Positions 1 to 13,060 of a DNA stretch of 64,000 bases are shown one piece after another. The stretch comes from Octopus sinensis (Eukaryota). The stretch is taken from the NCBI RefSeq assembly GCF_006345805.1, contig NC_043004.1:96410001-96474000 (forward strand). Reading direction: 5' to 3'. Position 1 is the stretch's first letter. Each line of letters begins with the position of its first letter. The notes beneath the pieces were generated by a model. The model saw nothing but the letters and a program-made list of their open reading frames with translations, had not been told where the DNA came from and searched no databases. The translations under genes and the position numbers were made by a program.

Positions 1-1529
1 CATGCACTGCTGTCTCACCCAATAATGATAATAATAACAATAACAATAATAATAGTAATCATCATCATAATAGTAATTTCTTTATTAAATGTAGGGGCAT
101 CGAGAGATGCAAAGATAGGAAACGTTCACTAGAGGGTTACAAAACAAAAATGTTAATGTGGAGTGTGAAGGAAAAAAAAAAAATTTGCAGATTACAAAGT
201 GAGAGGATAAAAAATCTGATTCAATGTATTGAAGGAAGTATTAAGAATTTAGAAGATGCACATATGCATACCTACATGCATACATATATGTATGAATATA
301 AAGAACAATATATACGAACATATATGTGCATATGTACACACACACATAAGCACACACACACACGATACGTATATGTATATATACACAATACATACAAACG
401 CACATACTCACAAATTTGTATGGAATTAAGTAAAATATACGATAAAATATACACATCAATTGAAACAGAATGTAATTTAAAGAAATAAACAGGATCTTAG
501 AATATCTGAATATGATAACATTTGCTTAACCATTTCTGAATTGTGTTCCAGTGCAACCAAATGCACCAGTAAACATTTTTTCAGATATCGGGTGTTGAAA
601 AGCATCGACATCTTGAATGTATTCTCATTTAAGCTAGCTATAATACCTTATTTTTAATTTTACTAGTAATCTGGCTATTGTATATAGTTTATATTTTGAA
701 CTTAATTGTTTAAGCATTATTATAACTGCTTCGAAATATCTGTAGCACCAGACATGCGTAATTTTGTCTACGGACTGTTTATTTGCTTTTCGACGACCAA
801 CCAGTTCATTTTCGTTTATTTCATTACCTTCATTATTTTCCAGAGAAAAGATTTCGTTAACGTTTGGAAGATATTAATCCCCTTCGCCCTCTCTTTCTTG
901 TTTTCTTCTGAGTTTATGACTTTTTTTATGCATCTTCGTATTTTCACTAATCATTTAGAAATTTTCGTTAGTACTTGTTTATTTTTTTCATCAACATCCT
1001 GAATGAGTGCTACTACCTGTAGGTACTGCTGGGGACGAGGTATTTGTTCGTTTATTTGTGATTTGGTGTTTGAAGATATTTCTTTTGTTGTCCCCAGAGT
1101 TTTTGGCCGATGATGCTCTGCAAACTGGATTTATTGTTCATTTAATTGTTGTTGCTGATTTTTTTTACCTTGATTTTGCTTAATTTTCCGCGTACTTCGA
1201 GACATTCAACTCTAAAATGTGTTTTCTCCAACGAATATAACGACTCACCTTTTTGTCCTGTAGCATTAATTTTATGCCCTTTGTTTCAGCGCCTACTAAG
1301 TACAGTTCCTGTATGGCTCTGAAGCCATTAGGGCTTTCAAGACCATTTTGATGTCCATGACTACAGGTCATCTTTCCTTAAGCATACTTTGACCACTCTC
1401 ACTATAGGTACATGTCGTGTCCAATGTCTAGTTGCTACAGGCACGTGTCGTATCCGTATCCAGTGTCTATTATTGTGATTCTTATATTTCTTTGACACTT
1501 GGCTGAGTCAGGAATGTATAGAGGTACAG

Positions 1530-2265
1530 CTGACAAACGAAACAGAAAGCTTATTACAAAAACTAGCACCTTTCTTGGCGAAGAATTCACAACACAGCAT
1601 AAAATAGTAGCCAGTGACTTTTGACTCAGAGCTATACATACGCAGAAACAAAAGATGACATGAAAAAGGAAGTTATGGAAACTAAACTATCACACATTTG
1701 GGAACAGATTTAGAAGAATTCTAATTAAGATATGTAGAGAGATACATCTAGATACATAAATAATAATTGGTTATTTCTGGAAAATAACGTACTTTGTGCT
1801 ATGGAGCTGATACGTGGTGAAGCAAAAATCTTTCTCCTCATAATGTTAGAAAAATTGCAAGACTCTTGCATTTGAACTCTACTACTGAATGATAGGGAGA
1901 CGTGGACCTTAAATGCAGAGAATTTTAGAAAACTGGAAAGAAACGAAGTGAACATGCTCGATTGGAGGTGCAGTGTAAGAGTACATGGAAAACGATATAA
2001 AAATGTGTTGGGAGAAAAATTTATCAACAGTGGAATTAGAGGGAGTGTGAATGAAAGGAGACAGTGTTGGTATGGACATATCAACAGCTGCATAAAGAAG
2101 AACCGGTCATTTGATATGAATTGAATATGTAGATGAGGGGAAACCCAGAAAGACTTGGAATGAAGTGTTGAAGGCTGATCTCAGGATCTTGAACCTCGTA
2201 GAGAGATGCTGCAGGATCAGAAAGACTGGCAATAAGTGGTTCTCAAGAATAACCACCAAAGTCGA
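1530..2265 (+). mobile_element. Degenerate RTE-clade LINE fragment (endonuclease end plus C-terminal RT region)
   Basis: Manual translation gives KLITKTSTFLGEEFTTQHKIVASDF, then ETWTLNAENFRKLERNEVNMLDWRCSV...WYGHI...GKPRKTWNEVLKADLR, typical RTE ORF motifs; many stops and frameshifts. Confidence 0.75.
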
Positions 2266-2362
2266 TGAAACTAAATTCTGAAAGCACTGTGTATGTATAC
2301 ATACATACATACATACATACATACATACATTCACACACACACACACACACACCACACACACA

Positions 2363-2393
<31 letters not shown>

Positions 2394-2614
2394 TACACAC
2401 ACACACAGACATGTAAGTATGTATGCATGTATCACTCCTTGGAACCATTTAACTTGACCTCATTCATCCTTATTCATTCCTTACTACCCACATTTTTATT
2501 GGTCTTCCCACTCAGACTTCTCTACCTCTAGATATCGCTTACTCTCCCCATGAACTCGCCTGTCACTCTCTCCACATACTTTGTTAATCTACCCAACGAC
2601 ATGTAATCTTTCTT

Positions 2615-2651
<37 letters not shown>

Positions 2652-2801
2652 TTTCTTCTGTCCAATATCATCATTACTTTTCTGCTGCTTTTCACCCCCA
2701 TTTATCACTGGTCAACCCCATCCTTATTCACAAAACACTGCATCTAACCCTCGAAAATGGTTCTTCCTTTATCATGTTCACTTCTCTACCCATTCTCCAT
2801 T

Positions 2802-2848
<47 letters not shown>

Positions 2849-2859
2849 CACACACACTC

Positions 2860-3310
2860 TCTCTTTCTCCTGTGCACAACGGCAACCTCTACTCTTACAC
2901 CCCCAGATCTTCTTCCTCCCATTAACTCATCTAATAATTTGAGGACCCGCACAGACCTCTTGTCACAACTATCTAAGTGCTGATAACCCTCACCCTCTCT
3001 TTAAAACAGCGAGTAACTGCATAGCTCTTCTACAACAAGAAACATGTTCTGCTCTGAACCCCCTCATATTTTAACCCCTCAATTCCTCACTTGAAGCCAC
3101 CTCTCTTATGGTTTGTAGTATTGCAGGCTGCATGGTGACCTGGCAATATGAAAAAACACCTGATATATGCTTCAAATGGTTGTCATTAGGAAGGGCAACC
3201 AGCTATAGAAACCAGGCCAGATGAGAAAGGGGAAACAAATGAGGTCTTGGGCCCATCATATCCTGTCAAATCAACCAGCCTCCAGTAGCATGGAACAAAG
3301 ACATTAAATT
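2860..3310 (+). mobile_element. Degenerate RTE-tail-type interspersed repeat
   Basis: 3100-3310 (ttaggaagggcaaccagctatagaaacc...agcatggaacaaagacattaaa) is a diverged copy of the element at 59866-60080 (-). Confidence 0.55.
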
Positions 3311-3323
3311 AAATAATGTTGAT

Positions 3324-3359
<36 letters not shown>

Positions 3360-3959
3360 ATATAGGGAGAGAGAGATAGAGATAGGTAACTAGATAGACA
3401 GTTAGGTATAGATATATATGTATGTGTATGCATGCATGTATGTGTGTGTGTGTGTGTAAATATACACATACATGCATGAGTACGCACATACATGCTCACT
3501 CACTCACACACCACACATACACACATATATATGCATGAATGTATGTTTGTATACATGTATGCCAATAACATTGACATACCCTAAAACAATATAAATTTCC
3601 AACTTTCTAAATGTGAAAAGAATTTATCTTGGCAACGATGCAGAAATGGCAGACACATATGACCAAAAGAGATTGTCTCTAGGGTCTACATTGACCAGGA
3701 TTGGATGGCATCTACCATAGAATCTCAATTATGCCACCATTTGACAAGTGAAGGCTAATAAAGTGAGAAACCTACAAAACTCTGACATAGAAATAACCCC
3801 ATTTCTGATATATATTTTTTTATTTAACCTCTTGTTGTTGTTGTTCTGGTTGTTGTCGCAGCAGCTCTATTGTTGAAACAGTATCAATCAAACATAGGCT
3901 GTTTTTTTCTAAGTATATCTTATGATTTTATATACTTATATATTCTTTATATTTTATTT

Positions 3960-4130
3960 ATTTATTGTTGTTGTTGTTGTTATTATTATCATTATTATTA
4001 TCATTATTATTATTATTATATTATTATTATTATTATTATTATTATTTTATTATTATTATTATTATCATTGTCATCATTATTATTATTATTATTATTATTA
4101 TCGTCATCATCATTATTATTATTATTAGTG
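3960..4130. repeat. Compound (TTG)n/(TTA)n/(TCA)n microsatellite
   Basis: Seen directly; explains the poly-Y/I/L ORFs. Confidence 0.95.
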
Positions 4131-4405
4131 GGAGTAATTTTATGTTTATGTTTCTGTGATTTTTATTTGCCTATTTATATTTCTATATTGTTGTTGTTGT
4201 GCAAAGTGTCTCTTATGATTTTACTTTATTTTATTTTATTTTATTTTATTTATGTATTGGCTATGTAGGGTAATGACTATATCTCTAGGTTTGCTCTCTC
4301 TTCTGATATATTCTACTGTGTAGGCAGAAGACATATTTGATAGATTTCAAAAAAGTAGACATCCCCTTCCTTACAAAATCCCCATCAAAACTACACACAC
4401 ACACA

Positions 4406-4447
<42 letters not shown>

Positions 4448-7400
4448 CAAGCACACAAACACATATGCACATAAGCCTCTCTACATTCACTTTCACACAC
4501 ACAGAGCTGATACTTTACCTTATAATTTGCTTGCACTCATTCATAATTTATTTGTACTCGCATAACTCATACACCAACACTGCATTTATATCTACATAGG
4601 AATTAACTTATTCATACATTCATTACACTCATATTCATACAAACAGTGGCATATACATACACTTTTACACTCTTACATCTACAGCCTGATATACTGGCAC
4701 TTGCATACATAGACAAATATCAAGACAGACACATCATCGTTACGCACAAAAATGCAAAATGTACACAAAGCATCAAGGTAAAAATAAAAGAAGTCAGCAA
4801 TACTTTCTAAGTTGCTGAGATTCAAAAATAAGATAATGTAGAATGAGATATAAGAAAATGAAGAATTCTTGTAAAATTTCAGAATTAATAGTGGACTTGT
4901 TTTGGGTTGCAAATATCTCTTGCTTTTTCAGTCATATGCAGTATACTACTGCATATTTTTTGTTTTGATTTACACTGTTATCAGATGTGAACAAGTATAC
5001 AAGGTGTGAAAATAACTTTCTGATATGTTTATTTTATAGTTGTTTATATATCAATGGCTAAGATGATTGTTTACTTCAATTACCTGTCTATGGAGACAGG
5101 TATCAGAATTTCAGGTAAAATTTACCTGTGTTAGACAAGAATCTAAGACAAGGTGAACTTGTTTGATTTTTCATAGACTTTAAGTCTTGGGATCAATTAG
5201 GGAAGTTTAGCCTTCTAGCTCTTACGTTTGGTGTAGAGTGAGAATCAATGTTGTTGCTACTCTGCCTTATGTTTGCTTTGCACTTAAACAGTCAAATGAA
5301 AATAATTAATAATTTAGAACAGACTTTTGATACTGTCTTCACATAATATTGATTTGAAAAAGATGAGATAGAGACTTATAGAGTTTAGAAGCATTGGTGT
5401 GAAGTTAACTGTTGAAGTGTATTTTTTTTTATATCTTGTTTTCTCTTGAGTTCAAATTCTTTCTTTTTATTGTTTCAATGAGACTAACATGGAGTAGATT
5501 TAAAGTAACGAGGGCATGTCATTGATGAGATCAGGAATGGTGCCAAAAGAACTTTGGCGAACCTAGCTGAGTGATTCACCAAATAATTAGTGAAACAATC
5601 AATAAGTTAATTGTTTAAATAGTTAACCAATTGACATATAAAATTAAAGATGGGAAATAAAACCAGTGTATGTGTTTAACTCTTTAGCATTCAATCCAGC
5701 CATATATAGCTCAAATATTCTACCTCTTTTATGTTAAAACTGACCAAATCCAACTTCTCACATTTACCCTATAACGTTATTGTAAAAGTACACAAACACA
5801 CCATTGAAATCTCAAATCTCCAAGATAATGTGTGATTAATTCCAGACAATGTGAATAAATATATGTAGAATTTTTCATATTTTCACCTACTTTTACGCTA
5901 GCTATTTTTTTTTTCCTTTGTTTCAGTTATTATAACTGCTGCCTGTTAAGTAAGACACATTCATATTTGCATTTTATGCCCAATGTTTTGAGTGTAGTTT
6001 TAGAGAGATGTTCACAAACTTGGCTCACTGTATCATGCTGATTCTGCTGAAGAATTACATTAAAATTATACATGTCTGTGGGATACTCAATCACTTAGAT
6101 GCTACATGAAATAATCTGGTAGTTTAATTGATTGAAATCATGGTTAGGAATTCTAATAAAGATCAATTATATATGTATGTATTGATTGATTGAGTTCAAA
6201 TTCTCCTGAGCTCAACTTGGCCTCTCGTTTTTTCAGGATTCATAAAATAAGTACAAAATCTTGTGCTGAGATTGATGGTACCAAATTACCCCACCTCTTA
6301 AAATTGCTGACTTTGTGTCTAAAATTATTAGATACTGTTATAAATGAGGATTTTAAGGTGATGAACTAGAAGAATCATTAACACGCCAGAGAAAATGCTT
6401 AGCAACATTTCGGCCATCTTCATGTCCTGAGTTGAAATCCTGCCGAAGTTGACTTTGCCATTTATCCTTTCAGAATTGTTAAAATAAGTATCAGTTTAAC
6501 ATTGGGGTCGATGTTGTCGAATTACCCACTACACTGAAATTGCTAGCCTTGTGCTAAAATTTGAAATCATTTTCAACAAGGATGATCTGAACACTAATAA
6601 TATTGGTGATAATCATTTCTACTTCAGTAATGGAAAAGAAATAAGCATGAGTGGTAGAATTATTTTCTGTTATATCCAGCTTTCAGAGAAACTCTATTCA
6701 ATTTCTTTACTTGCTAGAAATAGCAGATACACATCCTCAAGTCACATGCTACCATCATCTTATAATAAAAGTATGCATTTGATAATGTATTTTACAAAAG
6801 ATGATGGAATGGTTGATTTGGATTAGACTGACTTGGGAATAAACAGTGAAAACGAACAATGAAAACAAGGAATCACACCACCATTTGTATCTCTTTAATG
6901 CAAAGCAGATTGAGCCATTGTACAGGCATGGGGTGTATCACAAAATTCTTATAATAATCTACCAACCACCATTCCTTTAGACATTAGTTGATCCTTTAAT
7001 GACCTATCCCACTGTGACTGTCTTTTACTTTTGGTCTACACAAAATAACAACTAAAGAATAAAGCTTAGTTTTCTCATTTACAATGAAAACATTTTCCAG
7101 TGTGTTTCTTGTCAAATAAAAATGTCTTGTCAGATGCATTGGTAGATAGATTATCTTGTTTAGGGATGCCAGACACAGTTTACTATTTGTGCTTGTTGTA
7201 ACTGATGTTAATAGTAATAGCAGTAGCAACTGTTATTGGTGAATTCATATTGTCTGATGAGCAGCTGCTAAGATCTTCATCTTTGATTCCATTAACAAAG
7301 TAGTTTCAGGTTCTTTTGTTTTACAAATGCATTCATTTGTATCAAACCATAACTAATTAGAAAGGCAAGTGTATCTGTAAAATATGTTTTGCCACTGTTT

Positions 7401-7556
7401 GAAACAAGTGTTTCTTTATTTTCCCTTTTTGTCCTCGTGTTATTGAAAATATATACATGTGTTATATATAAATGTATATATATATATTATTTGTAAATAT
7501 GTGCGTATCTTCGTATTTATGCATGTCTAAGCAATTACACACACGTACATACAGAT

Positions 7557-7932
7557 GTATGGTAAGTAGCTTGCTTACTAACCACATGGTTCCGGGTTCA
7601 TTCCCACTGCGTGGCACCTTGGGCAAGTGTCTACTACTATAGCCTCAGGCCGACCAACGCTTTGTGAGTGGGTTTGGTAGATGGAAACTAAAAGAAGCCC
7701 GTCGTATATATATATATGTATGTGTATATGTTTGTGTGTCTGTGTTTGTCCCCCAAACATCACTTGACAACCGATGGTGGTGTGTTTACGTCCATGTAAC
7801 TTAGCGGTTCGGCAAAAGAGACTGATAGAATAAGTAGAAGGTTTCCAAAGAATAAGTCCTGGAGTTGATTTGCTCGACAAAAGGTGGTGCTCCAGCATGG
7901 CCGCAGTCAAATGACTGAAACAAGTAAAAGAG
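7557..7932 (+). mobile_element. SINE type 1 (tRNA-like head, internal TA/TG microsatellite, ends gactgaaacaagtaaaagag)
   Basis: B-box-like GGTTCATTCCC; aligns by eye with at least 9 other copies in the window. Confidence 0.9.
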
Positions 7933-7994
7933 TATGTATATATGTATATGCATGTATATACTGCGTTTCAAATTGTCAACGACGCAACATTTGT

Positions 7995-8380
7995 TTATTA
8001 TCTCCGCCTTCGCTAAACCGGAGGTATTGTTTTCAGTCGTGTTTGTTTGTTTGTCTGTTTGTTTGTCCGTGGATAAGATATCTCAGGAACCGCTGGATGG
8101 ATTCGGATGAAACTTTCAGGGATGCTTGGTGTCATGACTGGCACAGACTGATTAGATTTTGGAACCAATCAGGTACTGGTCAAGGACTCTGGATTATTTT
8201 TCCGTTTTATTTTTAAACTTAATTTTTGAGAGTGGTCGGGTTCACTTTTAGTATTCTGGTTTGTGAGAGGAGTCGAGTTTAATACAGATATCCTCATTTT
8301 AAAAATCAACAGCTAATCATCGTTGAGGGGCCCTTAGTGTTGCCTTGGCGGAAGTTTGCGCTCTCTGAGTTCTATTGTTT
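7995..8380 (+). mobile_element. Helentron-associated non-autonomous element (HINE/DINE-1-like)
   Basis: 5' TTATTATCTCCGCC subterminal repeat, short IR (GGAGGT), (GTTT/GTCT)n tract, 3' CCTTGGCGGAAG inverted copy, then terminal stem-loop and T-rich end. This is the established HINE layout. Confidence 0.75.
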
Positions 8381-8548
8381 TATTTAAAACTACTCTTTGG
8401 AATTCAACGAAATTTCCACAGAATGAAAGCAACAGCTATATGCGCGTGATGTGTAAAAAAAAACGTGAGGTTTTGTGAAAGTGTAAACAAACCGCGGCTA
8501 TTTGCAGTAATCCAAATTATTAACAAGTGGTCTTGTAATCGTGTAATT

Positions 8549-9521
8549 ATGGGTCATAAATGTGACTTAATTGCTTCAGAGAAATCTGTTATTACTTCTG
8601 AACTTGCAAAAGCTAAATCAACGTTAGAAATACCCTAAACTGTGAAAACGTTTATTATTGCCTCTACTGGGATATGTGAGAGAGACAACATGAGTTTGTC
8701 AAAGACTTTTTGTCAACGTTCTCTGTCACGAATTAAGCGTGCTGTTGTAAAGTAACCAGGTCTTACAAGTAGAGAACATTTCAAGCGTACTGGCAAAACA
8801 ACTGTTCTGAATTACCCGATGACATCTACTGAAAAAATTTGGTAGACCAGTGATATCAGTTAAAAGGCCTCCTTTAAACAAAATACACTTGCTAACTCGT
8901 TCGAAATGGGCAGAAGATAATATGAAGGTCGACGTCGACTATTCAAAAGTTTTGTTTACGGACGAAACTCGTGCTACCCTTGCTGGACCTGATGGTCAGA
9001 GCAAAGGGGTAGGTTGTAAATGGACGAGAATATCACCAGCGCTTGAGACGCCAACAACGGGGAGGGGGCATAATAAGATTTGGTCAGGGATTATTGGAGG
9101 CATTATGGTTGGTCATTGGAAAGTGCCTAACGGTGTTAAAATGGCTGCGGATACTTACATAGCCTTTCTGTGGGAGCATTTAAATCTTGCTTAAAAAAAG
9201 GAAAGGATCATCTACAAGACAACCGTAATATTTATGCAAGATCATGCGCCTTCGCAGTCAGCGAAGAAAACTACAGAATATATTCAACAATTAGGCTTCT
9301 GTGGAGCTCGGAAAATGAACTGGCCTGCTTATTTCCCAGACTTAAACCCAAAAGAAAAATTGTGGAGTATTCTAAAGCGACGAGTTTACGAGAATGGACG
9401 CCACTTTAGGAGCAAGGATGAACTCTGGCAGGCAATAGTGGAAGAACCCCGTTGTATAACACCAGAGGAGATCCAGAAATTAGCATGTTCCATTGACCAG
9501 CGCTTTTCCAGCTTATTTTAA
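8549..9521 (+). pseudogene. Tc1-like transposase pseudogene, DD37E (TRT-like) spacing
   Basis: Starts MGHKCDLIASEKS; motifs FTDETR, RRQQ-GG, QDHAP and W-P-x-x-x-P-D-L-N-P-K-E, with 37 residues counted between the second D and E. Frameshifts and stops present; TIRs not found. Confidence 0.85.
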
Positions 9522-9539
9522 ACAAACTCTAATACAACA

Positions 9540-9778
9540 TGTAAGTGCTGTTACCTAACTAGATGGCGGCTGCCTAATTAGTTGGCCATAGAAGGCACAC
9601 ACGAACATTAAATTTCAGACACACAACTTTTACTTCTTTTGCATCGAGACACCAGACTGTGAAGACGTGACCTGACTAGCTCTCTTACGATACGCAGCGA
9701 CTAGCAGACAGGAGGTAACGCACAGAAGAAGATCATGGCTTCCACGCATCAAACCGTTTCCATCTATCATTCATCTTG

Positions 9779-9837
<59 letters not shown>

Positions 9838-9948
9838 CCGAAATTAAAGGTATTTAAAGTTACAGCCTTGTTCTATGTATTTCTTCATACCGTGTTTCTA
9901 TCAATTGATATTACAGCCTTCTGAAGAGAGTCATATTAAATGACTCCA
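9540..9948 (+). mobile_element. Possible solo LTR
   Basis: TGTAAG...CTCCA ends with CAACA on both sides (9535-9539, 9949-9953); GC-richer body with internal (TA)n(TG)n. The right boundary is ambiguous. Confidence 0.35.
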
Positions 9949-10429
9949 CAACACTGATTCAAACAACCGTCTAAACACCCTTACTAACCAGCAAACCTAT
10001 CATTTTTGAACGCTGTTTATTTCATTATTTTTATTTCTTCCACCTTTATGACTGTATGTGTTCATTTCAGTATATACATCAAGCAGTTAAACTATTATTT
10101 TCTTGTTTACATAAGTTCACGAATATACATACACTTCACGAATAACTTGTAACAGTGTAAGTTTACGTAAATTTGGTAAATGGGTATAGCTTCTGTGTTG
10201 TTTTATGCAACCTCACATTTTTTACGCACGACTCGTATATAATTGTTGCCATCATTATGTGAAAATTTCGTCGAATTCTATCAAGTAGTTTTTAAATAAA
10301 ATAATAAAAATGTGACGGAACTTGAACAGGTATAATCATACAGGTTTCTACATGTCACATTGTAAATTATAGCTTTCCACTAGTTTTCGTTTGTCTTTAA
10401 CGGCTGCTGAAGTAGACTGAGATGTTATA

Positions 10430-11644
10430 ATGGAGGCAGTTGAATGCAGATCAGTGATCAGGTTCTTGAAAGTTCGTACACAAAAAGATACTTTCGATGG
10501 GATGAAAGAAGTTTATGGCGACGATGCACCATAATATGGCGTAGTCAAGCACTGGTATCGCCAGTTTAAATGTGGTTGGACATCGATGGAAACTGCTCCT
10601 ATTCCTGGACAACTACATTCCGCTATTGATGACGACACCACCTATAAAGCGGAAGCTGCCATTTTGGAGGATCGTCGCTTAAATATTCGACAACTAGCCC
10701 AAGAAATTACGGTAAGTACCGGATCCGTGGAAAACATCATTCACAACCATTTCACGACACGCGGAAGTTGTCTGCACCATGGATTCACCGGTTGCTCACA
10801 CATTTTCGAAAGCAAGAACGAGTCAATGGCTCTCAGGCTCTTTTGGCAATGCACCAAGAAAACAAGGAGAACTTTTTCGGCAGACTTATCACACAGGATG
10901 AAACATGGATCCATCACTATGATCCTGAGATTAAAATCCAGTCGAAGCAATGGAAGCATTATAATTCCGTAACTGTAATGCAGTTTATGTTTCACAGAAA
11001 AAAAACTAATATTTTTTTCCTTTTTTAACAATTACATATGAATTTCATTTTGTAAGATATTATTCCAGACCAAAGCTTGAAAATCTTAAGATAAAGAAGG
11101 CTCATGTCCAACCCTCTGCAGGCAATGTGATGCTCAAAGTCTTTTGGGACCGGCGCAGAGTAGTGATGATAGATATTCCGGCAAAGGGCACCACGATTAA
11201 CGGAACATATGTTTTTCTGCAGCAGAAATTGCAGGACGCCATCAAAGCAGAGAGGCGTTGCATGCTGACCAAAGGAGTCTGCCTCCACCAAGTCAATGCA
11301 CCAGTTCACAATGCACATGTTGCCCTGATGAAAGCACACTCCTGTAGCTACGAAATCCTTCCTCAACCCCGTTACTCTCCCGACCACGTACCATCTGATT
11401 TCCATCTCTTTCCAACGATGAATGGGAAGCATTTTTCGGATGACGATGAACTTATTTCCGAGGTAAAGTCTTGGCTCTCGACGCAACCGACTTCTACAAA
11501 CGAGGTCTTCATAGCTGCATAAAGCAATGGGAGAAGTATATCACCATTGGTGGTGGCTATGTAGAGACGGACTAATAATTATACCAATTTTCTTTTATCC
11601 CAGTCTCTGTGGGTCAGAAAAAAATCTTTAATGAACACTTCTCG
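10430..11644 (+). mobile_element. Mariner (DD34D) element remnant; transposase pseudogene 10430-11575
   Basis: DETWIHHYDPE, QSKQW and YSPDHVPSDFHLF motifs; second catalytic D is V (HQVNAP); in-frame stop and frameshifts; right end ...GAACACTTCTCG followed by TA. Left TIR not seen. Confidence 0.9.
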
Positions 11645-11689
11645 TATTATGATTCCTCAGTTCCCACTTTCATGCCGATGATATATCTA

Positions 11690-13060
11690 TTTACTTTGTT
11701 ATACCCTCTGTCCATAGCTAACAATGATTCTGAGACATCATTCTACAAATTCCTTAGTGCTGCTATTTCACACGTCCCAAGGCGTGAAAAAGTGGTATTT
11801 ATAGGTGAGTTTAATCGGTTCCAACAATTGGTCATTATGGCGTTGGAATGTAAATAAGAATGGTTTAGTCTTACCCCAATCTTATTATTCAAGCTTCAAT
11901 CGTTCTCTTTTTAACATTTATCAAAAACAAGCTTACAAGGTCACGTGTTTTCATCCTGTGGACAAGTGTGGTCGTATGATTGTTATGAGCATGCTCCCTT
12001 CCCCCGCCCAAATTGACATGTCGCAGTTCCCATGCTAAACACAAAGAGTTCAGGCTTCGAAAGAAAAAAAGGCTTGCATGGATGGGATAAGAGTCCTTCG
12101 AGTCATTGTCGTTAGTTAAACTAGCACAGCCAGACATTTGAAAAGCAATGTCCGATCAATTCATGCTAGCTTCCATCGCTAGCTTTGAAGATACGGATCT
12201 TTTCCTTTTGAACGGCAGACAATTTCTAGTTAACTAAACACTTTTAAACTTCGTATACTGGTAGAATGTGTCAAAATAAAACATTTTTTTCTCTTGGCTT
12301 TCTTGAGAAAATTGTAATTTGTTTGTTTAACGTAGTTTAATTTTTCGAATTTTAACCAATTCGATGCTCTCTTTTGAGCTAAAATCATTTGCTGCGTCTA
12401 AAACTGAGACAACATCCTGTAACTAACCCTAAACCTCCCCACTAACCCTAATTTCTTTTCTTAATTGTTAAATTAATTTAATTGTTACGCGTGGAAAAAA
12501 ACTAAAGCAATGGAATTAAATTAATTTAACAATTAAGAAAAAAAATTAGGGTTAGGGTTAGGGGGGAGGTTTAGGGTTAGTTACAGGATGTTGTCTCAGC
12601 TTTAGACGCAGCAAATGATTTTAGTTGAATGGAGGTAATCGATTGGTTAAAATTGCCGAAATGCTCGGATTTTCAGACGAAATATCTTACAAACTATAGA
12701 ATTTTCTCAATAAAACCAAGAGAAAATGATGTTTTATAAACACATTCTACCAGTATACGAAGTTTAAAAGTGTTTAGTTAACTAGAAATTGTGTTGACAT
12801 CTACCGTTCAAAAGGAAAAGATCCGAAGATACTTGGAAAATATTAAAGAGCAGGTGTACTCATTAAGAGTTGAGTTGCTTAGCTTCAAAAGTATCATAGA
12901 GGCTGTTCATTTAACTATCAATCCCAAACTGGAAATATAGCATTCCCTTATAGATCCAAACTTGCCAAATCAATTATCTGTTGAAAGAAAATGACTTTTA
13001 ACTTGCGTGAGGCAACGTGCGACATGAGATGGTTTAAAAATTCGTGGTTGTCAAATATTT
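11690..13060 (+). mobile_element. Old RTE LINE endonuclease-region remnant, interrupted by the MITE at 12195
   Basis: SFYKFLSAAISHVPRREKVVFIGEFN, IGHYGVG-NVNKNG, KVTCFHP match APE motifs; coding-like sequence resumes after the MITE (EQVYSLRVELLSFK). Confidence 0.6.
12195..12824. mobile_element. Long-TIR MITE, Merlin-type
   Basis: Termini GGATCTTTTCCTTTTGAACGG / CCGTTCAAAAGGAAAAGATCC, imperfect palindrome over most of the 630 bp, exact 8-bp TSD GAAGATAC (12187-12194, 12825-12832). GG termini with an 8-bp TSD are Merlin hallmarks. Confidence 0.85.

Noticed and set aside
5081-5128. Two adjacent short palindromes sharing TACCTG/CAGGTA
   Set aside because: Too short and isolated to assign; no TSD or second copy seen.
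7254-7275. CTGATGA followed by GCAGCTGC palindrome (also CTGATGA at 28271, 57036 and 60096)
   Set aside because: No correctly placed GAAA with stems I and III; chance heptamers.
12424-12581. Interstitial telomere or chromosome-fusion scar
   Set aside because: Only a few degenerate units, placed symmetrically inside a TSD-bounded MITE.
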